A DNA stretch of 64,000 bases from Ophelia neglecta (taxonomy: Eukaryota), in assembly GCA_965285935.1 (NCBI GenBank), contig OZ260665.1, positions 46,066,001-46,130,000 on the forward strand, read 5' to 3'. The notes under the pieces are model-generated. The model made no database searches, had not been told where the DNA came from, and worked only from the letters and a program-made list of their open reading frames with translations. The position numbers and the translations under genes are program-made. Below, piece by piece: positions 1 to 15,296 of the stretch. Positions within the stretch are counted from its first letter, which is position 1. Each line of letters begins with the position of its first letter.

Positions 1-1415
1 CCCTCCAATAAAGGAACGATTCTTTGAATGGGTGTTCCCTATGAAACGCTCAACCTACAAGAACGCTTCCTGGGCTGCTTTCGTTACCAAGACTATCTAG
101 ATACACACATTTTACGGGGAGTTTGTAACAGACTAGATGGCTGGGAGCAGGTACCTTTCCGTTCGTTGGCGTTTGGAGGGGGGAGGGGTGGCATTATTTA
201 TTCTGTACATGCAACGAGCTGCATCTTTTTCGGTGCTGATTGAAAACCACTCTCGCCGTCCCTCCCCAATTGAATTTTGTCCATTCGTTTAAACAGGACG
301 TATTTCTGCGCTAATCATGCGACCGGTTTGTCTGCATTATATAAAAGCTCACACAGAATTTAATCGATGGGAAGTGCCTAGAGGCAGATCAACCGTTAAG
401 AGCGCCGTGATCGGAGAAGAGACGCAGGCGTTGATAGGCTGATGAGCCAGATGCCGGACATGACGAAATCACGCCCGGTCAACCTTTACGACCTCGTGTC
501 TATGATTGATGTGTGCGTGTCTGGCCTGCAGACCAGGCGGGAGTTCTCAGAGAGATGTGAACGCTGGTATCGCAAAGCGAAACGCCCATTTAGCTTCAAA
601 TATGATATAATGTTGAGTGGAACATTACAAGGGTGTTCAAACTGGCAAACATGGGCGACACACATAGCCGAAAACACTGTCATGTCATCAAAGTAGATGA
701 GTAGGCACGCTCGATTAATTAGGGCTGGCTAATATCCAGCATGTAGCGCACATAATAAATTATTCCAACGCCCATCCTGGTATCTCACGATCGATATTAC
801 GAAATTTGACAAACGACCCCCCCCCCCCTTGGGCTTGTTCCGCCAAATTAATTTGTTCGGAGAAAATTATACATTTCACTCACTTTTCGAAATATGTCCA
901 CCATCCCGAAAGGAAACCCGCACAGTGCCATCTGTCTTAACCTTGAGATCTGTCCAAATCTTCGCTGATTCACATGTATAGCGCACCATCAAAAGTATCC
1001 GTCTGCCTTATAAATTTCGAATCCTGCATAGGCAATATCCAAATGAAGAATAATAAATTAAGTAAATAAGTAAACAATATTATGCATAGTATTCCACGGC
1101 GTGTCACTGCTTTGATTTCTGTTACAGTTTTGATAGGTATAAAATACAAAAACACAGTCTTATGCCATGCGCAAGAAGTCAACCCACACCACAAGACATG
1201 ACAGGAAATCAGGCACGGCGTCGACCTATGTCCCCGCGGTTTATCTCTCGTTCTTAGTACCAGTCAAGCGTGAACACCAATTCCGATGTAAATGGTGGCA
1301 AAAATAAACTTTGCGGCTTGCCTTTCCTAGTTTGAAGAAAAGCTAACATACGTACTTCCGTCCCTCCTACGCTGTCTATTGGCATACAGTAGCTTACAGT
1401 GCGATTCGTGACTAC

Positions 1416-1800
1416 CTGGACACGGGGCCCGAGCGTGTCGTAGGCAGAACGGAGATGGCCGATTCCTGAACAACACCTCGGCTGCTGACGTCTCTGACGG
1501 CTAGGTCCGGGTCATGTCTGGTGGACACGGCACCAGATGCCAGAGCTGAGAGTGGAGGAGGTACCCAGTCATCAGTGTGGACCAGAGCATCAGGCTACCA
1601 TATTTCTTTCGTGTTTTGGGGCCCTGATTATTAACTAGGCTGTGTACTCTCTGATCGCTTGGCTCCTCTTGAGTTACCAGCCAGCATTCGGCTCAGGTAG
1701 CCATAGGGGGGTGGCTTAGCAACTCCTAGCCGTGAGGTGATTATCTGGCTAGGCTACGGCGCCTGTCTCTCAGCCACCAGGTGCGCACGTGCGTGCAAAA
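1416..1800 (-). other. GC-rich block, possible non-coding first exon/promoter of a gene running left out of the window
   Basis: Locally high GC, a minus-strand donor CCAG|GTAGTC at 1416/1415 and an E-box cluster caggtgcgcacgtgcg at ~1778-1793. No convincing ORF. Confidence 0.2.
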
Positions 1801-4800
1801 CCTACATGAAAATACGGCAAAATTAGGCGAAATTCATTTCTGGCATTGCTGCGTCATTTATCAATAAATTACAGGGTGGCTTCCACTCTGGCATGAACCT
1901 AGCTACAAAATCGAGACTTTTTTCCTGGCGCGCGATTAAGTCTCCCGCATCCTATACGTGACTGCTAGGCCAAGGTTGAGGAAATAGTGCAACAGTGAAC
2001 AAAAGACACCCTACATGAGAACAAGGACATTTTGTATGATACATTTGGTGTGATTTAATTATAGGATTACACATGCATGATTAATTAAGTCACACTCCAC
2101 AACTTTTTAGCATGCATGCGTGTATGATATTTACTGTTCGGAAAAACTATAGGCTCTTATAACTTCCCGATTCGATGTTTTGATTGTAAAGGTTGATCGC
2201 CATAAAACTCATGCGCACACCAAGTTTATAAACGCAAGAATTGTGGAATTCTAGGCCCACACACAGTTCAAAGAATGACATATGGTCAAGGAAATAGGGC
2301 TTAAAGTCATTTTAATCAAAGTTGATATAAACTTTATGGTTATTAGCTGAGAAAAAAAGAAACATAATCAAATGATGTGGACATTACAACACTAATAGAA
2401 CGCCAGTATAATACTTAAGTTCAATTTATTTGCGAACATAGAGATCCGCAAATAAATAATTCAACAACCTGTCCATTGCATGTTGTGTCATCATGCCTAC
2501 TTTTCGATTATCTTGTAGGCCTCCACTAACTTCTAGGTGTAGTTTGTTATCCACATTTAACTTAATTGCTAATCGTAATTTTTGCCAGTATCATTATGCA
2601 TCATAGAAATACAGTATGTATGTATTACAGGTGTCTATACACAATGACCTCGTGTGCGAAGGTCAAATTTCCTCTAGGCTCCTATGCGTGCAGGGTTAGC
2701 GGGTACACACTTTAAGTTTTACATCTCTATAGCCGTATCTATTGATTTCGAGACGATAGCCAAAGGGATGCTAACATGATGAATTTCACAATGTCCACAC
2801 AGGACGTAAGTCCAATAAGGCTACACTTGTGTGAAAAGGAAAAATAAAATTAATGGCATATCGACATCAAGTGGCATTAAGGTAGTATTGGCTAAAGGCT
2901 ATCGGCTGGTTGTTTTACACCGATTTCCATTATTTTTCTCTTAGGGCTAAAGTAAGCACGCCCTTCACTTACGATTTGAGCTACGAGGGTTTATGCCTAG
3001 TTTAATTTTTCTCGCCTTAATTATGTATATACACCAATGTAACTGAACAAGACTGTGATTTATTGATGACAAATCGTGTCTATAGTATATATATATATTG
3101 TTATGGCAAAAAATCACCACAGGCCAATTCCTGTAGTTAGGATAATTGCATGTACTGATCAAGAAAATGCAACTTATTCACAGCGAAAAGTGTATTTAAA
3201 ACTGCCATCGCATGCAATTGCAGCGCCATTGCTGTGAGATATACCAAATGAGAGATAACACGCATCAATTTTTAAAATAAACGGAAGCCAATTCAAGCCA
3301 ATGTAGAATAATGACCATGTCCGATGGTAAAGGCCGGTATAATAACCGAAATCTGCATCATAACAGCCAAGTAGCGTTTATTCACAATAAAAATGCACTC
3401 GTGACAGCATGCAAATTTTATTTATTGGCCTTTTCTCTCCAGACTTAAAAACACATTATACAGACACAAGCGCCTTTATGATGAACTCATTTACATATTC
3501 TCATGGCAACATTGGCATGATCGCTTACCATAGGTCAAAATTCTCTTTTCATGAAACCTATCGAGATTAACAATACCCTAATATGTGATCGAGTGATCGA
3601 TGGTAGTTTTATTCTTCCTGGGCCTGGTCTGGCCAGACAAAACCCCAGGATTGGTCTTTGGTGTACACTTCCCTTCATCATTCAAAACTCACTTTTTGTT
3701 GGACAGTTGTACTGAGTCACGAAGCCGCGGACAATTCAGGCATTATCGGCATAATTTTAGTATTTATTACCTTTTTTTGCAACCAGGAATATAAAACTAA
3801 TAAATGTTTAACTTTATATACCCACGAGGGCCGTATTTCTAAATTGACAACTATTGTATTTGACAGTATCTGGAACGATGCATGGTTAGTCGAGAATCAT
3901 GGGCAGTCGTTAGATTCATCACTCTGTGCGAGTTATTGACCTGTACGTGATCAATCGGGGTGTCTCAGAATAAGATAGAAAAGTTACCGAGTTTGAGTCA
4001 ACAACATTTGCAATGAAATAAAACCAAAAAGAACCACATGCTTCCAAATATAAATTGATAACTGACTGATACTGAATAGTATAGAATTAATGTACCAGTA
4101 CTGCTCTGGACCTATGGCGATATTATTCTCGTCCACTTATATTTTAAAGACTCGTGTGCCTTGCATTTATATACGTTTTTAGAATATCTTGTACATTGTA
4201 TATCGATGTCTCGCATATTGGTCAATCATTCCTGAAAAAAAGCACAATTCAGAAAATTGCTGTCTTCTTGGATTATTCAAATATTATGCATAGTTCTGCA
4301 AACACTGTACTTGTAGTCTACTGATCTCACTGGAACAACTTAAAATATACGAATCTAGGTCCCATTTTCAACAGAGTTATTAATAAAGGTCAAAAGGGAT
4401 ACAACGGCTGTCTCCACCTGAAGCTTTTGATTCAGTTGTAAAACGTTCCAAGGTATAGTTATAGGTTTTTGTTTTGTTTTCTTGAAGTGTCAAACGTGTT
4501 GAGACATCCTGGTACCATGTTTAAATACGAATGTCATTGGCTAAACCCATCGCTTCCTCTTTAGAGTTATTGAGCCCGTGTACAGTTTATATGTAACATA
4601 CGTTACCAATGCATATGCATTCTGGGCCTATTCAAAACGGTTTACACAGGGTATTAATAAAGACATCATTACCTTAAACAAATCTAACAATTGTCGATAT
4701 ATGCAATAATATTTGTGAAAGATAGTAACATCTAAAAATAATTGACTGACTTGATTCAATATTTAAATATTCGAAGTGTTAAACAGATTCACTTCGATTT

Positions 4801-7800
4801 GGCAGAGTTTCTCAAGGACAAGTGTAAACGCAATTTATCCAATAAAACAAAATAATGATAGTTCACAAAAAACTATTAGTATATTAGAATTGTGAAGCCT
4901 CACATGTCAATACTTTTGGCCTTGCGAGGTTGCATTGAGTTATCCCCTCTATAGATTCATTATAACAGCCTGAATCTACCTTTCCAGTCGTTCAAGGAGA
5001 GGTGGTGTCAGCTCCGAACACACCGTGACGGGTCCCCTTTTTCAGACCAAGTGTTCACCTTGGGTAGAAAACATTGATTGACCCGTAGTATAATTTAAGA
5101 GTTTACAGTCATGACCAGGTACGACATAGCAGGAGGCTGTGGTTTCAGGCTTTGTTGAGGGGAGGATGGGGGTAGGTAATCAAAGGTCACAGGAAATAAA
5201 AGTGCTCCTTTCAAGGTTAACATAAATACCAATAAATTTTATGAGAAGACAGACGAGGGTTCCGATCACAGTTCACGTAAATAAAATCTCCCTTTCTCAA
5301 TTTACTAGATACAAAATTGTCTGAACAGTTCATTAGTTTCAATTATTTTATCCCACAATTTACCGGCAATCATTGTTTCACGAGTCACGAAGAATAAAAT
5401 CACATTTTCATGCGGTTCACAGGGATCAATTTCGTGCTTAAATGATGATGTCCTTGATGAGCATTGACGTGTAGTAATTCCAGGAAAAGCGTGTTGCAGT
5501 ACAACACGTACGATCCGAATAGGCGCCTACATTTTATTTGAAATGGAAATCGGTAGAAAAAAAATCACCTGCGTTGAAACGCCAATAGCAAACGTAGCTA
5601 CCACAAGACTACTTTAATTTCTAGTAACCCTATGCAAAACTGCACAAGTATCGACTCACCAAACTACAATTCTTCTCCCTGACTAAACACATGTAAGACC
5701 CAGGGCGAGGGGGGCGGGGGCATAAATATGTATGTGTGGTCTGTTGGTGGCAAAGTATCAACCACAACACAATTCACGCCCATTTCATTCCTTAAACATC
5801 CAAATTTTAATATCCTTGTGAAGATATATTATTATGTATTAGATAGAATTGCTGTAATAATCAGACGTGAAAAAGTTGCAAACAGGTAACTAGTATAGAC
5901 AGGTTGATGTAGAGGAGTCCTGTTCTGTTCTCAAAGACAGATGCAAAAGCAAACATTGCTTGTCGCCCTGTTCAAAAGGACTTTTCTGTCATCCCCACGT
6001 GCAGTAACTTCTGCCAATGATATACCTGATAACCAGCTATTAACTTCTTGTCCAACACCTCAGTGTCATGCTGAAAGCTAAACATATAACATGCACACTG
6101 CTCTTATGATAGGCCTAGTGATGTAACAACTTCTTTAATATAATAATTCTGTCATACGGTCACTGATTTGAATTATCTGTTCAGTTCAGAACATTTTAGG
6201 TAAACTGGGTATTTTCATGTAAAAATCGACATTTAAAATTTTCTATTAAATTTTCTCGAAGGCTCTCTTTACATTTCTTTGTAATTTCTTTACATATGTA
6301 CCATATACTGGTTTCCATATACTTTTCGATAGTTAATCAGTTAAAAAAACACGTACTATGTACTATAATTCAAGCAGGCTACCTAGCATTAATTATAGTG
6401 CATGAACTTGATTTTCAAACTTGCGACTGGGGCTTACCAGTATATATGACTTGGAAGATGCCTGTGCTGAATGAGATGGTCGAAATTTTTAAGCTATTTT
6501 ATCCCATAACTTAGCCCAGGAGTGGCCTACAAAGCTTGTTTTGGTGCCTACACCTTTGTTTTCAGGACCAATTTAAGGAATTCAAAAATGACAAGCAGGA
6601 AATGGAAGACATCTTGTAAAAAAAGATGGCCGCCATTGTCAACCCTATCATTTCTGTTTTGTGCACTTACTTTGTTCAAATAATGACCTTGGGCCATGGC
6701 TTGCTTAAGGTTTAAATGCTTCTAAACTGCAAAGCAGAATAAAATCAGGAAAACCAAATAAAATTAGAAAAAAGGAATTAATTCATAACACATATAAAAA
6801 CTTTAAATTAATGCAACATAGTATATGTTTCCAAGCAGCCCACACATGTATCGGTACATGCTAGTTAACAAACCAAGGCATATTCTTAGGGTCCAAAACC
6901 CTCCCTGAAACTCAGCAAAGTGCTCACTCTTTGGAAGATGATAGGCTTATATACAACAAATTTTGACATTCAAAAGTATAAATTGCATTATGCATTATGC
7001 ATTCAGGTCTCACATGTTCTTTTAAAACTCTTCTCATATATTCTTCTTAGAAAGATTCAATAGATAGATTTTCAACGGGGCAGATGATAACATGTGCTTA
7101 ATTGCTCTAATCATATATATTTATATTATTTATCACATGGACGTTCAAACTGTTTTGTGCCTTTTACTATGCAATTTTCCACTATTCGGGAACCCGCCCA
7201 TGCACCTACCCAGCCGGCCGCAGCCAGTCGAGCCATCTCAATTAGATAGCGCTATCTGCCCCCGCCCACCACCCGGGCTCACAAGCGATCGAGTACCCGC
7301 ATTTGCATGGTATAGCAAGTGTGTCACACACATATTCTTAAACAGGTTCAAATATATTCTGAAATGGCTAAGATCAGCGGGTAGAGTCCACGCTATATTA
7401 TTTCTTTCTCCTCAATTCTATATCTATAGTTAAATTTTTCAAGCAAGCATGCGCAAGGCCATAACAGATTTTTTGCCAAAGCACTTCAATACATAAACAT
7501 ATATTTTAAAATCCAATAAGATTTGGTGTAGTACTCAATAGGTTTCAGGCTGCTAATCCTAGCCAAATATGTTTGTTTTTTATATTGAAATATATATACC
7601 CTCACGTTACATTTTGTATAAAATTGACCAGCAAAAATATTCAGTAATCTATTAACAACTGGACATTCTCCAAATAGATAGATAACTGTCTATTCATGAA
7701 TGCCATAAAAAGTACAGTGGCGAATTTTAATTTTCATTTGTAGCTTTGTTTATTTGATATTAGGGTGTTATTACTAATAGTCGATTTTTTATTGTAGTCA

Positions 7801-9394
7801 TTATAATTGTAGTTTTATGTTCCGCGTGGTTACATTGTGGTTTTACAGCAGTCCTTCTTTTCCATTTCGGTAACTTGCAGACGGCGCTCCCCTTTTTTTG
7901 CTTTGTCCATACAATAATGTTTTTTTTCCAAGACCATATCTTTACAGCCTCTGACATAACTAAACATTATTCTTAATGACGCGGGAAAAAATGTTCAAGT
8001 CAATCGATTTGGTTCTCTCAGTGTATTAAGGTAGCTCCAACACACTATGTGGACCAGGTATAATACCTCATATTGTAAGAGCTGCCATAGTAATACGCTG
8101 TATAATACGCCTTTAGAATACGTTACAAAATTTGACCTTATGTCATAAGCAGTAAACACTTCTCTATTATTAGAAGAGCCATTTTCTTTTAGCAAGTCAT
8201 TGACATTTACAATTCCACATTTTTACCAGTGGTTGTAAAGTATACTACCATTGCCAATTCAAAAAAATAAAAGGTTATGCCATAGATGCTCTATCACAGA
8301 GTCAAACCAGTCATTTTGCTGTTTGCAGTTAGTACAAAATCCAAGATAAATCTACATCCTTCCAAAATGCATTGCTTATAAGACCTATACCGCCACAAAG
8401 ATAATTGGGACCATATAGAATTCATGCTATATTGATTTTCTAAACTTTTATTGAGGGCATGCTTGGCCTCAAATTTGGTTCTAATGCAATGTTTTCTTTG
8501 GGAAGACCAAATAAAAGGAATTAAAATGCATACGTGTTGCATTTGCTTGATTTCAAGGAATCCGGAAAGTGTCTAACCGGACTAAGTGACCTGTAAATTG
8601 TTCCTTTTTTTCTTTGAAGGGAAGCAGGTGGCTTAGAAATACAAGCATTTAATGCATAAGTGCACACTATTATGTGCATACAGTTTTGAAGGTTTTAGCT
8701 CCACAAGTATACTTAAGGGGCTGTATGGAACCAGGCCAAAAGAAAAACGTCAAACAAATTAAAATGCAATATAAAAAGGAAGCTCAAAGAGAGGATATCC
8801 ATACACTGGCAGCCAGTTATGAGGAATAAAAGACGATTAGGCCCTTAACATGAACGAAAAAGTCATTTTGGCGAAATACTGATACGCTGTATAATACAAT
8901 TTACTATGCATCTAAGTATAGTTTAAATTATTAATTAACGAAACAGAGAATAAATGATTCAAGACTGCATTGCATATTACATAATTTCATTCATTCAGCA
9001 AGTCTTAATCCCATTTGATTTACCTATACCATTGATATACTCTGCATTTTTTTATTGATTTAATTTTGTTTAAATATGTTGGTCTACTCTGAATTATTTT
9101 GCACTGTGCAACTTGTGGGCAGACACAGTGAATATTTAAGATTGACGATGAAGTCCTTTGGCCGCGAGTACTTTTAAAAGAAAGAAACCTTATGTCACAT
9201 TCACCTTTTTCTCACTCGAGCGGTATTACAGAACTGGGTTGCGGAGTGATACTGTAAGCACATTCTTGTTCTTTAACAATATAACTAGCCGTAATTTGAA
9301 AGCTCATAATTGTCAGTTGGAGTGTAGCATTGCAGTGTTTTTTTGCGGCCACAAAGAAATATACTCATTTTGCTGCTTTTTTGTATTGAGAAGA

Positions 9395-9395
<1 letters not shown>

Positions 9396-9458
<63 letters not shown>
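9396..9458. repeat. (ATT)21 microsatellite
   Basis: Perfect trinucleotide run. It explains the poly-Tyr and poly-Leu ORFs. Confidence 0.97.
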
Positions 9459-12400
9459 TACTTGCGGCCTCTCCAGGACTTTCTTTTATCAGGTATTAAG
9501 TTGGTATTTGCATTCCATGTCAGGCGAATTATGGTTGTTTTTTTGGGGGTTTTACGTGGCTTTTAACACTTATCGGTCATCGCGAATTTTGGCAAATAGG
9601 CATTCTATAAACTTCAAAGTCGGAAAGGACATTTTTGTAATCTTAAAAGAAAGAAATATAATTACACAATCGCCAAAGTTTGCTGATATTCACTCCTTTA
9701 CCAAGGTGGATTTATTCTTTATATAAGGGGTGATTTAAGCGGGGATGCCAAGGCAAGTACTTACATGTCATTGAATTAAATCATTTTACCAAGGCGATTG
9801 AGCCTGGGAGATTTAACATAAAATTCATGGCATAAGTTCATTGTAGATATAAATGTTGACTGATTTCATCAAAAGAAGATAACAAAGGTAAGGTGAAATA
9901 TCTGATATATATCAGAACACTTAACCTCCGATCGAGGTGTGAATTTCTTACATGGATAGGAACCTATATAATTATGTGATAGATACATTTTCATGGTGGT
10001 GGTCGGGTTTTTTTTATACCGTCAAAGATATCTCCCCACCTAAATGTTGCGAAGAATACCCCCCCCCCTTTTCTCCTGAGATTAATATCATTGCATCGTC
10101 TGTCATACAACAAAATTGTACATCTTATGAGTCAGCAAAAAAAGCCAGACAAACGAGATTTATTTCGTTCTGGAGAAGAGACATGGATTGTCATCTCCAC
10201 CGACGACAGTTAGCACGTGAAGAGTGTGAAGCGTGGGCGCATTAACACATCACTTGCCTCTGTGAACCAAACGTGGGAAAGTTTTGCTCAAAACGACAAT
10301 AAAATGCACTCCTCTTTAACATGGGAGTGATTAGACTAAATACCCCTTATTTGTGGGGTCTGACTTGCAGGGGGTTTCGGTGTGCCGCCAAGTGCGACGG
10401 TCATTATTCCATGTTGTGTGGTTAGAATCATTATGCATTTCAAAAAGCAACTTTTACTCCTATTACATAATAAATCACGGGCTTCATTGCAGTCAGCATG
10501 GAAGGAAATAGTTAACATTTTACCAGCTTCCCAGGTAGGTTGCCAGTGGCGAATATTTTGTACTATGGACCACGCACCCTAGAGGCTGTTACATGATAAT
10601 GTGAAGTAAATAGTTATCAGAAAAGCTTGTGCAAGCAAACGCATGCAAATAGGCCCAACTTGGAAGATTAGAAAGTCTTATTTCTGGGCAGCAGACATGG
10701 ACATTTATATTATATGTAGGCCTCTATTTGGGTTATCAATAATAAGATGATATTATCATGTGCATTTTTTTCTTCAAAAATAAAAGTGTTAGCTTCACCT
10801 CCGATGGTGACGATCGATATGACTAGGAAAACCTCCTAAATACCCGTTAGAAGTAACCACCCTTAATTCATTGTCTCCAAGTTACAGCTTGCTCCAGCTT
10901 AGGTAGAAATGATCGAATGAATTTGTAAATATGTAACTGATAACCCTGCTACCAGTGATGAACCTTGGCATTCGCCCAGTCGCCAATGGTTTATGATTTT
11001 TGAGTTTGGCTCATATATGTCTCATAGAAACATTAAACCAGGTGATGAGTGTTTTTCCCAGACAGGATGCAACACAAAAATAAGCTTTGGGAAAAAATAA
11101 GTTGTGTTTCTTATGCGCTAGTCAGAGTTATTAATTAAAGCATATATGTACTTAATCATATAGGTAAATGTGGTTTTGTAGCATAGAGCCAAGACGGGCT
11201 GCATTTGCTGGGCTCATAAATATGCCCCTTGGCTAATAATTTGCTGAAGCTATGTGTCCAATGGACTCCCACCATTTATATCTTAATTTCCATCCGTGTG
11301 CTATACCAAGGGAACCATTCACATGGTCTATCCCATCTCTATGAAGACTGCATTGCTAGCTAACCATTCTGAGCTTAATATGCACAGAGAAGACCAGATT
11401 TAAAATGTCCTGTGATTTCACCTGTAATGTGTAGGTACGGGTCTATTTTAATGTCAAAGACAAATTTGCCTAATGTGGTTAACATACATTTAGGTTTCTC
11501 CCCCACAGTATTCAGTATTGTAAGCTCTATCTAATACAACCAATTGAACAAAATGTTCAACGAGTTGACTAGATGACATTTCATAGGCTCTCAAGACATT
11601 TGACCGCCATATTAAATTTAATATGTGACTTTATGACGAAGTTACAAAGGATTTTGTATGACACAGGTTTTTAATTTTGGTTGATGTGGCAGCAGAATAT
11701 AATCATTTTCTTACAGCCGGAAGATGCTTCAGACCGCCGTTGCTATACGGGCTAGTTTAGGAGGATAATTAAAAGGCTGTTAATAACCATCATGAAAAGA
11801 CATAACATGAGTGGATTCCAAAAAAGTCCCAGGCCTGGGATTCATAATGCCCTATATTGAAAATGATCAGATTGAATTAAACCTTTTGACTAATTATTGG
11901 CAATAAAATGTCCGTGGGATTTGCACCGGCAGTATTGCCATAGAGTCCTCAACATGCACAGCTCTTCTGTTTTAAGTCGGAAACAATAGTTAATACAATT
12001 GTGGGGATGACTTGCCCGCTGCCGCACACGTGAGCCCTTTATCAGTGAACATGCCTGGGTGACCTCCCATCGGACACATAAGTCACCATTACGTTTTCAG
12101 CAAACATTTGTCCATTTCCATCTGAGAACGATCAAAGTGTTCCCAGAATTAATTATTAACGCTAGGTGGTCTGAGCTGGTGCTCTACGATAGGTTTTTTT
12201 TTCGTAAATTACAAATGCATTTAGATATATGCCACTATGAAAAAGGTAATACATTGCTATTGATCGACTTTTAATGGGGTCATGTTTTGAAAGTAGAAAG
12301 ACAAAGCCATTTGTGGTAAAAAAAAGACTAAACGAAAACAGTTACAATAGTATCAATTTTGATATCAGCTAAGATGTGCAGTGGGGTTAACATGATCATG

Positions 12401-14524
12401 ACAGATCGAGGCACGTGTTATTTTAGAAAGTCCTGCCCTTAGGTCATTTTATATTCTGTGGTCTATCCTTGTGTAGTTCGTTTAGTTAACAACTTTGGTG
12501 TTCTTTATTTTACATACGCCGTTCTTTTTCAGATTTTCTTTCCGGTGATTGGACACTAACGTTAGTCCTGGATTATGCATAAAGGATTACAATATACACA
12601 GGGCGCATGTACCTTGGAAAAACGACCTAAACCTGTACAAACAATTGTACTATCCGGAATGAAGTGCTTTAAAATAAGTTTCTGACCGGCCATTGCTAAG
12701 GTCTGATTCTCGAATACATTTTTTCCGGTATACGGAACTGGAGCCAGAAGAAAATGAACATTGAAAAAGTTGGGTATGATTTATGTATTAAGGGGGTTTA
12801 AACGTCTTAAAAGGAGGATTGTCTGGGCGCGTAATAATTTAAAAAAACAACAATAACCAAGGAAAGTTGTTTTACAACTCTGTTAACTGTGTTAATTGGT
12901 GCGTGCCTTAATGGCAGGTTTAAATTATTAAACTTGACAGGAAGTCTTCTGTCTGACGGTGAAGTGTACTGTTTGGTTTAATTAAACGGGTCTTATTAAT
13001 TCCAGATTCTCCACTACCTATTATAATATTGAGACAGCCGCCCATTGCATGAGATAGGCCTTGTGTAAACAGCGAAAGAATAAGATATGGCGAAGAAGAA
13101 GGGTAGCTTAGCATCGGCTAAAGTGCACACAGTGTTAATCATTATCTAAGTCGTTATACCTAGTGAAAACTAGTTAGTATGGGTTTGCTTATTAATCGGC
13201 TGATATTTTTTGATTATTTTTTACCAATGCTGCGTTCGCCACTCCTTTCGCTTTTGACATTTCCACACAGCCTTGGGACACGGGAACCATTGGAACATCA
13301 CACATTTTAGCTCTGTTACCTAGGGCATAACATCGCTCGTGGCATAAATTGAGGGCAGGAGGATACTGCATCTTTTTATCACAAAACTTTAAAAAGGGAT
13401 AGCATGATGGCATAGAAAAAAATTTGACAAAAGTACGTTTCTTTTGTGACATATATGTCCTTCAAAATTGAAGACATTGAGACGGTTACATTAATTTAAA
13501 GGTATCTTTATATTCTCTTAAATTGAATGATACCTAAATGAGTTATTTCCATACAATAGGTTTGGATTACTCGTCATAAAGGAAAGGTGATCATTACATT
13601 GGAGAACATTGGGATATCCAATGTGGGGCTCAGGGGGACAATAATCATGCATGCTGGGATAGCCCAACATTTAGACATGGAAATAACTGACCAGGAAATA
13701 TGAATTGCTAAAGTTCCAAATACGAATCTAGCAATAGATACATTATCTTAGAGGATGAAAATTAAACAAAAGCTACCTTTAAACTAAAACTTAGCAAAAC
13801 TGATCCAAAAAGATAATGGTGAGTTTTTACAACAGATGGCAAATAAATCTTCTTTCCAGTGCAAACTGGAACATAATTTGTGATATCAGAAATCACCAAA
13901 GGATGATGCTATTTATATTCATTTAATTCATTAATGCTATACCAATGTGAATCTCTTCAGTATATATATATACATATATATAACTGCAGGGGAAGATTAA
14001 TTATAACGACAAAGGGGGCTACTGATGTATGTGTTGTGATGTATGTGTGTGGGGGGGGGGAGGGGGGGGGGTAAAAGAATATCACCACCCTCTGATGAGT
14101 GGTGTTGGGAGGGGAGTGGGGGTCAAATTCTCGTAATCTCATAAATAAGTATACCTGTACACGTAATCATTTTCACCAAAGTTTAAAAACCATACTATCA
14201 AATTTACAAGGAAACCCCTATAGCTAATATTAATGAGATTTTTCAATCTGATACTCAAGCATGGTTTTAAAGGGAGCTCATACTTGTTGAATTTGTTATC
14301 TAAAATAATAAACATCTGTACTGTTAAGTTTGAAATGATTTCGAGGATTTTTGCAGCCCTGTCACTAACTTTTAGAGTAGCTTAAATGTAGGTGGCTTAC
14401 TTCAACCCCTACCCCCCCCCCCCAAAAAAAAAAAAAAATTATTAGCGCTCACAGCGCTCCAATTCCCCATTTTGGTCTACTGCTACACATGTTGAAATGT
14501 TGCGTGACATCTCGCAGTATTTGT

Positions 14525-14756
14525 CATGGCCACCCAGGATTGCGAAATGCTCGCGATGCCATAAAAATGCTATAGTTCTGTCAAGTATTTTGGGTTATTT
14601 TGTTCGACAAGCGCAAAAATTTAAATCAAACTACAAAACTCGAAAAACTCATGCTATAATTTGACGGAAAATTCCTCCCTAGTAGGCGGCGATTTTCCGC
14701 TAGTAGGCGGCGAAATCGCCGACTGCTAATGACAGGATTGATTTTTGTGGCCAGTG
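14525..14756. mobile_element. Possible small MITE remnant
   Basis: Ends catggccac and gtggccagtg are near-inverted. Internal direct and inverted copies of tagtaggcggcga lie at 14680-14728. No matching TSD. Confidence 0.3.
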
Positions 14757-15296
14757 TTGCATTATTTTGTCCTGGGGCCAACATGAAATCAGCTGATTAA
14801 ATTCTTCATAGCAAACAAACTGGATGAGAAGTAAAATGAAATTTTAAAATGCAATAAAACCCAATTTCTATATTGCCAAGAGGATTGTTTTCAAACAGGT
14901 TCAGCATGATAATGCTTGGCAACATTTCTGAGCAAACACTATTATCTATTAAGTAAGGAACAATGGTGACCTAAAACTGGCCAAATGATGTTTCAACAAT
15001 CCATGTCCAGATTTCTTAGTTCATGTTTATTAACTGTTTTTCAATCATCACATAACAAGATTCATTCCCTTCTGCTATATTTAAGTCATAGTATAATGAC
15101 TACTAAGAGGCCTAACAAACTGACATATTTACATCAAAACTCCAACCATAGACATTTATACTGGTCACATTTTAAAGGGAAGAACAAATTGGTCTGGTTA
15201 TCTGCATTGATAAAGCCAATTAAACATGGGTCACATGTCAAATCTTATTTACCTATTTATGGTCATTTACTCTTTCCTATTATATTATATTTGGCC

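Noticed and set aside
9158-9726. Poly-Tyr and poly-Leu ORFs
   Set aside because: They are translations of the (ATT)n microsatellite.
14424-14438. A-run as the retrogene poly-A tail of TRIP4
   Set aside because: Wrong strand: a minus-strand retrocopy would leave a T-run on the plus strand.
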